DNA of 63,379 nucleotides, the filler included, from Choristocarpus tenellus KU-1152 (lineage: Eukaryota > Protista > Phaeophyceae): NCBI GenBank assembly GCA_964200185.2. It is 13 parts of 13 records of this genome, joined end to end, with 100 filler letters (N's around TTAATTAATTAA, not from the genome) between each part and the next. Parts side by side here need not be neighbours in the genome. Positions count along the whole stretch, not along the records: positions 60,375 to 63,379 come from CAXNAD020022995.1; 12 more parts are not named here. One strand, 5' to 3'. Below, piece by piece: positions 62,984 through 63,379 of the stretch. The position numbers and the translations under genes were made by a program. Each line of letters opens with the position of its first letter. Within the stretch, counting starts at the first letter, position 1. The notes below the pieces were generated by a model. That model had not been told where the DNA came from. It made no database searches and saw only the letters and a program-made list of their open reading frames with translations.

Positions 62984-63238
62984 GGATTTCAGGCTGGTCC
63001 GACGGATCACTCGAAACTCAAACATCGTTCGTACGCCCAGCTTCGAATTCAATTCAATCATGCCCAAGACTGCCTGTTGTCTGAAACCAGATCAGAAGAT
63101 AGAATAAACGCGTTTTCCGTAACACGGATTTCATTTTGGTCTGACGGATCACTTGAAACTTAAACATCGTACACCCGGCTTCGAATTCAATTCACTCCTA
63201 GACCTTCTCACTACCTAAGACCGCCTGTTGCCTGAAAA
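62984..63238 (+). repeat. Imperfect direct repeat (~105-bp unit, period 142 bp) upstream of the ParB-like gene
   Basis: GGATTTCA....GGTCYGACGGATCACTYGAAACTYAAACATCG...CTTCGAATTCAATTCA...AAGACYGCCTGTTGYCTGAAA at 62984 and 63126. Confidence 0.85.
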
Positions 63239-63379
63239 CACCATGACAGTTGCTCCCACAGCAAGGGGGTGGCTTTTGTCACCTGCGCCGCCTCCTGCGT
63301 TGCCCCCTCATCAGCCCGCCAACAATGATGCGCTGGAGCTTTCTACCAATGACGTTTCTACCAATGACGCTTCAGCGAC

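Overview
Eukaryotic nuclear DNA, most likely from a brown alga (Phaeophyceae) or close stramenopile relative. This is inferred from an EsV-1-7-repeat gene, a nucleus-encoded plastid-type IF3, short exons in long GT-AG introns, and the transposon content. The window is not contiguous: 13 contigs are joined by 100-bp artificial spacers (N44-TTAATTAATTAA-N44), so adjacency across spacers means nothing. Recognisable host genes, all partial and spliced by hand with consistent exon phases, are IF3, an EsV-1-7 domain protein, coronin, CCT8 (TCP-1 theta), a YqeH/NOA1-type GTPase, an acidic coiled-coil protein and a probable membrane-anchored protein. Most of the rest is transposon debris: two mariner-like elements with Stowaway-type TIRs, a Tc1-like remnant, three Ty1/Copia pieces, a chromodomain-bearing Ty3/Gypsy, RTE- and CRE-like LINE fragments, and several MITE families. 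Three of those families share GRGYCAAA-like termini, with 4-bp TSDs where both flanks are intact (Sola2-like). The most unusual item is an intron-containing, frameshifted gene at 60501-62622 (-) with a ParB/Srx-like N-terminal domain (LDGNHR) followed by a putative HTH. It runs off the contig and has a direct repeat and a possible divergent ORF upstream. No CRISPR array, rRNA or tRNA was seen. All assignments come from motif recognition by eye; no database search was run.
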